Positions 42,185-52,162 of a stretch of DNA of 64,000 nucleotides are shown here, one piece after another. How positions within the stretch are numbered: position 1 is the stretch's first letter; every line of letters starts with the position of its first letter. Source of the stretch: Barthelona sp. PCE (Eukaryota); the NCBI GenBank assembly GCA_040285745.1, contig JAUFOR010000002.1, forward strand, positions 248,001 to 312,000, in the 5' to 3' direction. The notes under the pieces were generated by a model. The model was not told the origin of the DNA. It worked only from the letters and a program-made list of their open reading frames with translations, and did no database searches. Made by a program: the position numbers and the translations under genes.

Positions 42185-42901
42185 ATGTCTTCAAAAAAAT
42201 TTTCAGGTCCTGTCATAAGCAAATCGACTGGACTCCCATCGGCACGCTCTAGCAAGCGCAAACCCCGTGAATCAAACCCTACTACATCAGCAAGACGCTC
42301 AAATCAGAAAAACACTCCTAGAACCCAGCGCAAACGTTTTAACGAGTTTACATCGTCGAGGATTGATGTCAACAAGAGGTCTGATCCATTCAGCGGACGT
42401 CCAAAGAATGGGTTTGAAGACTTTTATGAGAGTGGTGGTCTTCATTGTCGTTTACAACATGGAACACGTAACATGAAGCTTCAATGGGAGATCCCTGTCG
42501 AGCAGCAACCGTATTTCATTTTACCAATCATTACATCTGGCTTGCGCGATGACAGGCATCCATACATAACTATTGCACAAAAAGCATTTGAAGCATTTAC
42601 TAGTTCTGAAGGTGCTAGAGAACGTATCCAACCAGAAATTGTTAAAATTGTTGCAGAAATGAGGCAGAATATGTCTTCAAAATCAATGACAGTTCTGCGT
42701 GGAGTCTTCACTGCATTACAACAGCTCAGTAGAGCAGTTCAATCTGATCTTAACGAACATCTTCAAAAGATCATTGTTCCGCTGACACGTCATGCTCGTA
42801 ACAAACAATTGAATGACAGTGTTATGGAGACTCTCATGGTTCTTGCTTGTGATGATGAAGCCATGGGTATCATTAGACGCCGCTTCCCAACATTTGGATA
42901 A
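42185..42901 (+). CDS. PACRGL: PACRG-like protein
   Basis: GGLHCRLQHG..NMKLQWE and GLRDDRHPY, typical of the PACRGL branch. Confidence 0.8.
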   Translation: MSSKKFSGPVISKSTGLPSARSSKRKPRESNPTTSARRSNQKNTPRTQRKRFNEFTSSRIDVNKRSDPFSGRPKNGFEDFYESGGLHCRLQHGTRNMKLQWEIPVEQQPYFILPIITSGLRDDRHPYITIAQKAFEAFTSSEGARERIQPEIVKIVAEMRQNMSSKSMTVLRGVFTALQQLSRAVQSDLNEHLQKIIVPLTRHARNKQLNDSVMETLMVLACDDEAMGIIRRRFPTFG

Positions 42902-44050
42902 TTATTCGATAGCTTCCATTTTTGTTTCTGGCGTACTTGAACATTCTTCCTGGAGGATGGAATCAATGTTTTCGAACTGTTCAGCCACAGAAAGTTGATT
43001 GACACGAGTCCTAGAAGGTATTGGAATACTCGCTGATGTCATGGAAGCACTTGCTGAACGTATGGACAAGGTGCGCAGTAAGGGTGTCACTGCCTGTCTA
43101 CTTGCTGAATACCCGTGTATCCCGGTGTCCTTGGAGTGCCCCCGCAGAGGATGGGGGTGAATGAGCGACATAGAAGAACGGCTCTTCTCCATAGTATTTT
43201 TCTTTGCCCGTTCACGAATTACCTCACTTTTTCGTGCTTCAATAATTGTATTAACATCATCTTCATACTGTTTTCGTGTTTTAAACCCTTTTAGTGTTCC
43301 GTCAAATTCTATTGCTTCATGAGGAGTGTCATTTGTTACCAACACATATTCACTTGTTATGAATTGGGCTAACTCAAATAAATGTTCCAGAGAACTGAAA
43401 ACCATCTGTGCCAAATTCTCTCTCTTCTTCTTCGACATGTGCTTCAACTTGTTCTCACAAAAAGGACATCTCTCATTTGTTATCGTCCATTTATCACAAT
43501 ATCCCATCGCTTTCTCCAGGAATTCACTTGTTAGTGTGACATTGTAACTGTCAAAATGCTTTGCATCAAAAATCAGATCCAAGCGGGCATAAAAATCAGC
43601 AATCAATACACGAGGATCAAGATAATAACAGGTATTATTATCAACACTTATCTTTTGCAGAAACAGGTACTCATGCAATATGTCAATTATCTGGAGTTGA
43701 CGAACACAAGAATCACGGTCACGACGAATATGATCAACTGATAAGGAATGTTCAATTCTCTCTTTAGTTACAAGACCATTCAACGCATATATATCCGGTT
43801 CCCCGCTTTTCGACATGACAAACTCATTGGGACGCATTTGAAGACATAAAACACTCGATAAAATGGCTAAAATTTCAGAACGATCTATAATTACTTTCAA
43901 CTTCTGGTTGCGGGATAGATTCAGCTGTGTTTCAACGTTGGGAGGAAAGAATCGTACAAAATATGTTAAAATGAAATCTACAAAATGCTCTGAAAGCCCC
44001 AAATCTCGCCACAGGTTATAATTTTCGTCTATAAGCCAACTTCGATCCAT
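42902..44050 (-). CDS. Hypothetical protein
   Basis: 382-aa ORF starting at ATG. No motif recognised beyond a CPFC. Confidence 0.6.
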   Translation of the reverse strand: MDRSWLIDENYNLWRDLGLSEHFVDFILTYFVRFFPPNVETQLNLSRNQKLKVIIDRSEILAILSSVLCLQMRPNEFVMSKSGEPDIYALNGLVTKERIEHSLSVDHIRRDRDSCVRQLQIIDILHEYLFLQKISVDNNTCYYLDPRVLIADFYARLDLIFDAKHFDSYNVTLTSEFLEKAMGYCDKWTITNERCPFCENKLKHMSKKKRENLAQMVFSSLEHLFELAQFITSEYVLVTNDTPHEAIEFDGTLKGFKTRKQYEDDVNTIIEARKSEVIRERAKKNTMEKSRSSMSLIHPHPLRGHSKDTGIHGYSASRQAVTPLLRTLSIRSASASMTSASIPIPSRTRVNQLSVAEQFENIDSILQEECSSTPETKMEAIE

Positions 44051-44745
44051 TAAACCTTGGATTGATGTTTGAACCTTTTAAAAAGTGTTGGAAAGGGTTA
44101 ATATTGGAGAAATGATATTTTTTGAGCTTTGTTACCTTATTTTCGAGTTTTGCGGTGTGTAAATCAATTAATGTCCTCAATTGCATTGAAAAACTGTAAA
44201 AATATTGGACCAAAAGTACCTGCTCTTTTCATTAATTGGCTCAGATGATTAACGACAATTGGACATAATAATCAATACTTAAAACGTAAGAGATTGTGCT
44301 GGATATGAAAAAAAAACAAAATACAGTAAAACGTATTCTATGTCACTCACCCAGCCTCTCTTAGTTTTTGGTTTGTACAAGGTTACTCCCATTGCTTGCA
44401 GTTGTAACAGCATTTAAAATCACTAATCACGAACATAAAAAATTGATAACTGTCTCAGATGAACTAAAAAATGAGTGGGTTAAGTGAGCTTATGGGGTGG
44501 ATTCTATGATTGCAAGCTAATTTTTTGGAGTTATTATGGGGTAACAACCTGAAATGTTTTTACATTTCATATAAGAGTCACACACCTCTTACATGTGTGT
44601 AAAGATGTGTAACATAAGTATTAGAGCTATTTCACATGTTCCTTTGCACTATTATGCTTTACAAATGCTCTATTTTTGAAACACCTTCTACTTCTACTTT
44701 TCTTACTCTTTTTGTCTTGCATAGTTTAAAAGACTTGAAAGCATA

Positions 44746-46503
44746 ATGCCCCACGTTCATGAAGCAGAAGACATTGAGTTAACTCAAGAACAAATCGATC
44801 TCATTCCCGTTAGCACTCAACAAGCTATGAAGGAAAGAGGAATCGATATCAACAAGGCTTACGTACCTACAAAGACTAAGAGCTGGCTTCCTAAGAAACA
44901 CGTTTTCCCTTTCCCTGCTGGTGATTCAGTCGAAGCTGATAAGAAACTTGGCTTCATGCAAATCCTTGTCCCCATCTTTGCTATTCTGTTCCACATTTGC
45001 GTTGGTTCTGTCTACTCACTTAGTGTTTACAACAAACCCGTTGAGGAAATGAGACCCGACTTCTTGAAGGTTTCATACCTTTTCAGTATTGAAATTGCAC
45101 TCCTTGGTGCTCTTGGTGGTTTCTGGGGTACTCTTATTGAGAAACTAGGTTCTAAAGCTACTGGTTTCATTGCTGCTGTATTGTTCGGTTTGGGTAACGC
45201 TTTGTGCGGTGTGGGTTTAATGGTTGACTTACATTTCCTGTACATCTTAGGTGCCATCATTGCCGGTCTCGGTCTTGGTGCTGGTTACCTATCCCCCGTC
45301 AGTCCTCTTCTGAAATGGCACATGCGTAACCCTGGTTTGGGATCCGGCCTTGCTGTCGGTGGTTTCGGACTTGGTGCTTCCATCTCATCTCTTCTTGAGA
45401 ACTACTTCATTGGTGAATACGGTGTCGACAAGTGTTTCATCATCCTTGGTATCATCTTCTTTGTCGTCATGTTCTGTTCTTCTTTCTTCCTTTACGTTCC
45501 CCCTTACAAGGGCTGGGTCCGTGATAGGTTCCTTGATGAGAGCAAGATGTCTGAAGAAGATCAGAAGAAGAACACACAAAAGAAGTGCTGCACTGATCAG
45601 GATTGTGTTATTGGTCTTGGTGATGCTAAGTTCCTTCCCAGTGATGTCCAAATCGGTCTTAAGGATGGTCTGAAAACCCCTCAATTCGTCTTTATGTGGC
45701 TCATCCTCTTCATTAACATCTCTTGCGGTATTGGTGTTCTCTCTCAGTTATCTCCCATTGCTGAGGATATGTTTGCTATGACTGCTGACGAAGCCGCTGG
45801 TGTCGTCGCTTTCGCCTCCATCTTCAACTTACTTGGTCGTTTGGTCTGGGCTACTCTCTCCGATTACATTGGTACAAGAACTGTATATCTCCTTTACTCT
45901 GCTGGTGCTTCCATTATTTTCTTTGTCTTGCCTCTTCTCGCTGCTGCCAAGGCATCTTTTGTGTTCATGATTGTTATTGCTTTCGAATACTCATTCTATG
46001 GTGGTGGTTTCAGTACCATTCCTTCATTCTTGTTCCGTACTTTCGGTGCCAAGGCTGTTGCTGAGCTCCACGGTTATGTTCTTTCTAGCTGGGCCGTTGC
46101 TGCACTTGTTGCTCCCACTCTCGTTACGCTCTTGTCTGAATCCGCTTCTGATCTTCCTGCTGATGAGAAGTACAACACTGCTCTATTTATCTTTGCTTGC
46201 GCCCTGATTGTCGAGTTCATTCTCGCTGTTTTCTTCAAGCCTTTGACCACAAAGCAGTTCCCTCATCTTGGTCCCAAGGATGAAGAGTCCGAAGAGGAAG
46301 AGGAAGTTGTCGTTATTGAAGTTCCTGAAGATGAAGAAGTCGAAGAGACTGTCGAAGAAGCTGAAGAAGTTGTCGAAGAAGTCGAAGAGGCTGAAGAAGT
46401 TGTCGAAGAAGTCGAAGAGGCTGAAGAAGTTGTCGAAGAAGTCGAAGAGGCTGAAGAAGTTGTCGAAGAGGCTGAAGAAGCTGAAGAGGCTGAAGAATTC
46501 TAA
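44746..46503 (+). CDS. MFS transporter, oxalate:formate antiporter (OFA)-like, with a Glu-rich tail
   Basis: HICVGSVYSLSVY, GLGLGAGYLSPVSPLLKW, GLAVGGFGLG, FNLLGRLVWATLSDYIG and YGGGFSTIPSFL. Strong codon bias. Confidence 0.9.
   Translation: MPHVHEAEDIELTQEQIDLIPVSTQQAMKERGIDINKAYVPTKTKSWLPKKHVFPFPAGDSVEADKKLGFMQILVPIFAILFHICVGSVYSLSVYNKPVEEMRPDFLKVSYLFSIEIALLGALGGFWGTLIEKLGSKATGFIAAVLFGLGNALCGVGLMVDLHFLYILGAIIAGLGLGAGYLSPVSPLLKWHMRNPGLGSGLAVGGFGLGASISSLLENYFIGEYGVDKCFIILGIIFFVVMFCSSFFLYVPPYKGWVRDRFLDESKMSEEDQKKNTQKKCCTDQDCVIGLGDAKFLPSDVQIGLKDGLKTPQFVFMWLILFINISCGIGVLSQLSPIAEDMFAMTADEAAGVVAFASIFNLLGRLVWATLSDYIGTRTVYLLYSAGASIIFFVLPLLAAAKASFVFMIVIAFEYSFYGGGFSTIPSFLFRTFGAKAVAELHGYVLSSWAVAALVAPTLVTLLSESASDLPADEKYNTALFIFACALIVEFILAVFFKPLTTKQFPHLGPKDEESEEEEEVVVIEVPEDEEVEETVEEAEEVVEEVEEAEEVVEEVEEAEEVVEEVEEAEEVVEEAEEAEEAEEF
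46351..46470 (+). repeat. Coding minisatellite, four 30-bp units encoding VEEAEEVVEE
   Basis: GTCGAAGA(A/G)GCTGAAGAAGTTGTCGAAGA(A/G) repeated four times. Confidence 0.9.
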
Positions 46504-46593
46504 CTTTATCAAGTAAAATACATATTTTTGAATTTTCAATTTTCCTTTCTTTCGACTTTTTTTTACTAATTTGGGGCGATTTATTGTTATAAT

Positions 46594-48519
46594 ATGTCAC
46601 ACCATACATCTGCGGTTCCCAGGAACTTAATTTTAGAACCATTTCATGAAAGAAGAATTGTGAGTTGCAATGATGAGACCCTTAACACTCAGTCTATCAG
46701 TTTCATTGATGCAAACATGGAATCAATGATTAGAGGTCCAATTGTTGATGGGTCAAATGCTGTGGGCAAGAAAATCGGTATGCTCAAACCTACCTTGTTG
46801 GAACCCACAATATTTTATCGTTGTTTACACGAAGAAGGGTCTTTCTCCATTGTTGAGCTGTTTGAATTCAGTGACGGGGCTTTTATACTTCTTCAAAGAA
46901 ATAATTTACCCTTCAAGTTTAACTATGATTTAGATAGTTTGCTTGATAGAAGATTCGTAATTCAACGAGTTGACGAAATACATATGAAAACTTCTTATGA
47001 TATTTATATATATGATCTAAACCAAGATTCAAAAATTATCTTTTCAACTTCTTTTCAAAAACAATCATTTTGGACAGTTGTACAAGTTGGTGTTGCTTTT
47101 ATTACGACAGGACACCACTCTGTAGTAATTGATTACAGTATAATATCTTTCTCACGTGAGGGATTTCCTCATCTAATTAGGTACAGCCCATTACAGAGAG
47201 TTAAATTATGTGCTTATGATCGCTCACCAAACACACATCAGTTCATAGTTGATGAAGACTATCACTTTCTAACATACTCAGTCCAGTATAGTGCTCTAAT
47301 CAGCACACCGTTTACGACAAATAAGTATTTGCCAAAGTTGAGAAAGGTGAAGGAGTTTATACCGCTTTTTGATGTATTTATTCCACATCCCGATGCCTAT
47401 ATACGACATCCAACTGTGTATAACAATCTATGGGACTTTGTGTTGTTGAACGGAAAAACATATAGTACTGCGTATGATTCCTCCACTGGTATTTCCAATT
47501 TCTATAGAGTAACCAAGCAGACCCACAAATGCATGTTTGTTTTGGATGTCGATTCAGAGTACTTCCCACAAGTAAGAAAAGATAATAGTTCATTTGGGCG
47601 TTTTCCTATCGTGTGCGATTTTTACAACAATTCAATCATTTTTCTGCATACATCAAAGGATTTCCATCATGAAATCCTACGCAATTCACATAGATTTTAT
47701 GATTTTGATAGTAACCAATGGAGAACTGGTTTTGTCACTGAAAAATTCAGAGATTGTAATTTTTATCTTGACGGAATAGCATTAGCAACATTAGAAAGGC
47801 CTGAACATGCAAAAATTATTGAATTTTCATTCAATAATATTCATCAAGCAATTTCTTTTAAAAAAAGAAGCTTAGATTGGCAATCAACCGGAAGTCAGTA
47901 CCTTTTGTTGATTAACGGAAATCAAAATTTGATCAATTCTCATATTTCTCATCTTCATATAATTGGAAATTTCGTATATTTTGTCTCCGAGCATCGTTTC
48001 CTTACTGTTCAAATGCTGGATGATAAAGGTGAAATTTTGCAGACCAAGGAGTATACCTGTAATGAGAATATCAGAGAGGTGATCTGCAATCCATACTGTG
48101 GAACTGAGATTATTATAAATCAAAATTTTGTCATGCGATACGAAATTGAAAATGATGAATTTTGTTGCATCAAAATTGACGATAGTTGTAGCGATCCCAT
48201 TTTTATTGATGAAGGCGTCATTATTTCAGATAAAACTGCTTATATGTTGGGTATTGATGGTATTAGAACGTTTGAAATACCAGAAATTGAGGGATTTTTA
48301 TATTCACCAACTAGAGGGATTTTGGTTGGATGTACAACCGTTATTAACCACAATTTTACGATGAAAACCTTACAATTCGATAGCAGTAATGCTGAATTTG
48401 CTGTTGAAACTAGGGATGTGAGTGTAATTGATTTTTTCACTCAATGTGAGATTTCCTCCACTTTCTCTTCCTTTGGTGAATTTCCACACACACCAAAAGA
48501 GAAATTCTTGCCTTTTTAA
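46594..48519 (+). CDS. Hypothetical beta-rich protein of a lineage-specific family, paralogue of 37953-39809
   Basis: 641-aa ORF with CNPY and the C-terminal DVSVIDFFTQCEI. Confidence 0.65.
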   Translation: MSHHTSAVPRNLILEPFHERRIVSCNDETLNTQSISFIDANMESMIRGPIVDGSNAVGKKIGMLKPTLLEPTIFYRCLHEEGSFSIVELFEFSDGAFILLQRNNLPFKFNYDLDSLLDRRFVIQRVDEIHMKTSYDIYIYDLNQDSKIIFSTSFQKQSFWTVVQVGVAFITTGHHSVVIDYSIISFSREGFPHLIRYSPLQRVKLCAYDRSPNTHQFIVDEDYHFLTYSVQYSALISTPFTTNKYLPKLRKVKEFIPLFDVFIPHPDAYIRHPTVYNNLWDFVLLNGKTYSTAYDSSTGISNFYRVTKQTHKCMFVLDVDSEYFPQVRKDNSSFGRFPIVCDFYNNSIIFLHTSKDFHHEILRNSHRFYDFDSNQWRTGFVTEKFRDCNFYLDGIALATLERPEHAKIIEFSFNNIHQAISFKKRSLDWQSTGSQYLLLINGNQNLINSHISHLHIIGNFVYFVSEHRFLTVQMLDDKGEILQTKEYTCNENIREVICNPYCGTEIIINQNFVMRYEIENDEFCCIKIDDSCSDPIFIDEGVIISDKTAYMLGIDGIRTFEIPEIEGFLYSPTRGILVGCTTVINHNFTMKTLQFDSSNAEFAVETRDVSVIDFFTQCEISSTFSSFGEFPHTPKEKFLPF

Positions 48520-48995
48520 CCATGTTTTGTACGGTAACGTTCGAATAGGAAGTTCCTTTTTGAAATAATAAGAATTCATAATTCTATTATCGTATAAGTG
48601 CATTAAATGAACAAATATACATACAATAAAGTACTTTACATTGGAATACTCCATAATTTCCTTTAAAAAAAGAATTTTTTTGAAAAACAGAATTTTGAAC
48701 TTTCTTTAAACTGAGCAATATTAACCTTCAAAGCATCTTTACTGTAGCTAATCAGTGTCTTTTATGTACTTAACTCTGATGTCTAACATGACCCACCCTG
48801 GCTATGTGTAGGTACTAGGAAAAATAATACGACCAACATAACTATTGGTAATTTGAATTTCTCAATATAAAAAATTAATTAAGACTAATTTGTAAATTAT
48901 TGTGGTTTGATATAAGATTTAAAACCCAAAATATTGGAGAACATATGCATTTACACGAAAACTTGTAGAGAGTTTTTTTTTTTCAATGTTTAATA

Positions 48996-49419
48996 GTGTA
49001 ATCAGTGATTTTCTTCCCGAGTATCTTGCATGTTAAGGGTAGTTAACAAATTATTTACAAATATTTAAGTTCGATATTGTGTCGCGTATCTTCATAGTTT
49101 GGAAGTCCACACATCCATCATCGTTTGTTTGAAGTGTGTGGCTTCACTAGCTCTTGAACACCCTCCTCACGTATTTTCCCGCGTGTAACTCGTATCTTGT
49201 ATCCGTTACATATCCAACTTCCACTGAGAAGTCTGGAGGCAAAACAGGTTGTGCGATTTCATGTTTCTTAACGGCTGTTGATTCGTTTATAGCTTTCGTG
49301 AGCTGTTCTATGTGCTCACACAATTGCCCGCATTGAATTGATAAATTCCCTGAATGGGATTCATCATCAACGACCGAACCTTTTCGGTTCTTGTTGGTGT
49401 CATTTTTCTTCTTATAACT
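48996..49419. repeat. 424-bp direct repeat, copy 1 (C-terminal coding region plus 3' UTR)
   Basis: Matches 50558-50981 except for 2 synonymous substitutions. Confidence 0.95.
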
Positions 49420-50424
49420 GCCTCTCTGCTTGTTCTTAACACTGCTGTTGCCATTAAATCTACGTCTTTGTCTTGGCTTCTGTTCATACTTGTTCTCAAG
49501 GGTAAACAAACCAGTCTCAAAACCTAAATTACGCAGAGTAACATCTAACGTCGTGTCATTCTTGTCCTTAATTACACCTCCTATTCCTGCAAAAAGGTGG
49601 AAGAGTTGTTGCCACTTATCACTATCAATCTTTCCTTCAACGACTTGTTCAATAAACCACTGGCACAATTGGAAAGTAGACATCTTCCCTGCTACGATAG
49701 CCAGTCTCTCACGGTGTCCAGAATCCATAACTAACTTCTGTTCAGTGTGTAATTTTGAAATAACCTTCTCCGCCGAACTGAACTCGCCACGGTATTCGTT
49801 TTCCCCAAAGTATTCATCCATCAACACCTCATAAGTATCAGTTGATACCAAACCAAAATTGTTATTGAGTAAATTCATGTCACCTCTTGGGTATTTTGGT
49901 TCTTTGAGCATGGGCTGTAAGTACACCGTATGGTTACCATTGCTGCTGTTAACGACAGTAGCTGTCATGTTCTGGATTGTCAACATTGTAACTAGATCTT
50001 GTTCACTCGGCTCTCGATACTCCATCGTTTGTCCTGATTGAGTATTCAACAACGCTCCTAGATTAGTTGCCATCACCTGGGCCTCATATACTGCTCCTTC
50101 CACTAAAATCTCTTCTGTTTCATCAACAAATGAACAATTTTTCTTGTAATACTCGAATACTTTAGCAATTCCTAGTTTCCCAACTACATCAGTCATAACT
50201 TCACCGTTAAATACGCTTGAAAATACTGCTCTCAAGCATGACGAAAAATAAATATTGCGCACTTCTTCTGTGACCAAACTCTGTATCGTATGTTTGTCAC
50301 CAGCGGCTATGATTGCTGCATCATGCCTTGTCATCTCGTTAGTGACCTTAAATTTTTGAAATTGTTCACTATCAATAGCTGTTCTAAACTGCTCAGCTGT
50401 CATCGTCTCTACTATTGTTGCCAT
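49147..50424 (-). CDS. Orphan protein, cassette A (425 aa), possibly of mobile-element or viral origin
   Basis: Intact ORF, homologous to 50709-51977, with an identical C-terminal ~90 aa. Confidence 0.8.
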   Translation of the reverse strand: MATIVETMTAEQFRTAIDSEQFQKFKVTNEMTRHDAAIIAAGDKHTIQSLVTEEVRNIYFSSCLRAVFSSVFNGEVMTDVVGKLGIAKVFEYYKKNCSFVDETEEILVEGAVYEAQVMATNLGALLNTQSGQTMEYREPSEQDLVTMLTIQNMTATVVNSSNGNHTVYLQPMLKEPKYPRGDMNLLNNNFGLVSTDTYEVLMDEYFGENEYRGEFSSAEKVISKLHTEQKLVMDSGHRERLAIVAGKMSTFQLCQWFIEQVVEGKIDSDKWQQLFHLFAGIGGVIKDKNDTTLDVTLRNLGFETGLFTLENKYEQKPRQRRRFNGNSSVKNKQRGSYKKKNDTNKNRKGSVVDDESHSGNLSIQCGQLCEHIEQLTKAINESTAVKKHEIAQPVLPPDFSVEVGYVTDTRYELHAGKYVRRVFKS

Positions 50425-50557
50425 TGTATTTCTGTACTAGTATACTTAGTAAAATAAAAAGGAAACCTTAAAATGGTAAGAAAAAATACACCCGCATACG
50501 TCTATTCCATTCTCTGTTCAAAATCAATTACAGGATCGTCCTGATCAGGGCTAATTG

Positions 50558-50981
50558 GTGTAATCAGTGATTTTCTTCCCGAGTATCTTGCATGTTAAGG
50601 GTAGTTAACAAATTATTTACAAATATTTAAGTTCGATATTGTGTCGCGTATCTTCATAGTTTGGAAGTCCACACATCCATCATCGTTTGTTTGAAGTGTG
50701 TGGCTTCACTAGCTCTTGAACACCCTCCTCACGTATTTTCCCGCGTGTAACTCGTATCTTGTATCCGTTACATATCCAACTTCCACTGAGAAGTCTGGAG
50801 GTAAAACAGGTTGCGCGATTTCATGTTTCTTAACGGCTGTTGATTCGTTTATAGCTTTCGTGAGCTGTTCTATGTGCTCACACAATTGCCCGCATTGAAT
50901 TGATAAATTCCCTGAATGGGATTCATCATCAACGACCGAACCTTTTCGGTTCTTGTTGGTGTCATTTTTCTTCTTATAACT
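50558..50981. repeat. 424-bp direct repeat, copy 2
   Basis: Offset 1562 bp from copy 1, with sharp boundaries on both sides. Confidence 0.95.
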
Positions 50982-51977
50982 ACTCTTACGAATGCTCTTC
51001 TTACGGTAGTTCCTGTACGACTGTTCTTGTTTAGGTAAATGCCTTTCACTTTCGACACGCATCGTAAAACCCAATTTTGTGAGGAGAGTATTCAGGATTT
51101 CCGTTCCGCCTCTTGGGTCTTTCCATACACCTTCAATTCCTGAAAATGTGTGAAACACATCATCTAGCCTTTCCATAGGGAGTCCATGGTCCAACACCTG
51201 ATTTGTCAACCATTTGGACAGGCCAAATGCAGACATCTTACCCACTATAACAGCCATCTTAATCACTTGATCACTTGTGAGTTTCTTAACACCAGCATCA
51301 ACATCTAATTTGGATATAGCTCTAGCTGCCGTGTTCAGCAGATTTGCTGAGAAAGGAGCATCCTTCATGCCTAGTTCCATCAGTCTGTCATACTCAGACT
51401 CCTCGACCATTCCAAAATCATTATTCAACCTAAGAAATTCATGTTTGGTCAATCTAGGTCTCTCTCGTTGGATCACAATTTCTCGCTTTCCAGCCTGTTT
51501 CTCTTGATTAACAAGACCCTCATATAAGTTCATCATGACGTTGATGTCATTTCTATTGGCTGTTCTGTAACATACGCTCTGCCCGTCACATTCTAACCTA
51601 ACTCTCATGCTCATTATAGATTTCACAAAGAAGCACTGAGGACAATCTTTCGTCTCCTCATCATCACTGTTTACGAAACAAGATACGCTCAGAAAATCCA
51701 TTAACTCTCCAAGACTCACTTTGGTGACCATCTCATCACACTTACCCTTACCTATTAAGCCCGATAGCAGGGATCTCAAGCAAGCTGACCAAAAAATATT
51801 GCGCGTTAATTCTGTAGTAAAAATCGCATACGAATGGGACTCAACTTCTTCTGTTACCATGTCATCTTGGAATGACGTGCTCACATTGTACCTAAACTTA
51901 CGGGAAACTTTTTCATTAACAAATCTTACATATTCCTCTACTGTTGCTTTAGTGACTGTTGTGGTTGTGATTGGCAT
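50709..51977 (-). CDS. Orphan protein, cassette B (422 aa)
   Basis: Intact ORF with a divergent N-terminal ~330 aa and the same C-terminus as cassette A. Confidence 0.8.
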   Translation of the reverse strand: MPITTTTVTKATVEEYVRFVNEKVSRKFRYNVSTSFQDDMVTEEVESHSYAIFTTELTRNIFWSACLRSLLSGLIGKGKCDEMVTKVSLGELMDFLSVSCFVNSDDEETKDCPQCFFVKSIMSMRVRLECDGQSVCYRTANRNDINVMMNLYEGLVNQEKQAGKREIVIQRERPRLTKHEFLRLNNDFGMVEESEYDRLMELGMKDAPFSANLLNTAARAISKLDVDAGVKKLTSDQVIKMAVIVGKMSAFGLSKWLTNQVLDHGLPMERLDDVFHTFSGIEGVWKDPRGGTEILNTLLTKLGFTMRVESERHLPKQEQSYRNYRKKSIRKSSYKKKNDTNKNRKGSVVDDESHSGNLSIQCGQLCEHIEQLTKAINESTAVKKHEIAQPVLPPDFSVEVGYVTDTRYELHAGKYVRRVFKS

Positions 51978-52162
51978 GTGTTAAATAAACAGGAAACCCC
52001 AAAATGGATAGAAAATGAAATACACATTCTATGTTCAAAATAACTTTCATTCATTCTGATCGCCAACATTATACACTTTCAAGGTTAAAAATGTATTTTG
52101 CCAATAAAAGTGCTGAGTATAAAAATATTTCTCAACAAAAACACATTTACAAATCAGTTGCA

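Noticed and set aside
44579-44610. Imperfect hairpin ACACACCTCTTACA...TGTAAAGATGTGT upstream of the OFA gene
   Set aside because: Short, imperfect and single, with no recognisable ncRNA features.
46351-46470. Regular 30-bp repeats as a possible CRISPR array
   Set aside because: No spacers. It is a coding minisatellite in a eukaryotic gene.
49175-49181. G GGA AAA slippery-like heptamer near the end of the cassette ORFs
   Set aside because: The -1 frame closes after about 20 codons, so there is no downstream pol-like ORF.
48996-50981. Reading the two 424-bp repeats as LTRs of a retrotransposon
   Set aside because: One edge is TGTAA-like but the other lacks CA. I saw no PBS, PPT, TSD or pol, and a second homologous ORF runs in frame into the outer repeat.
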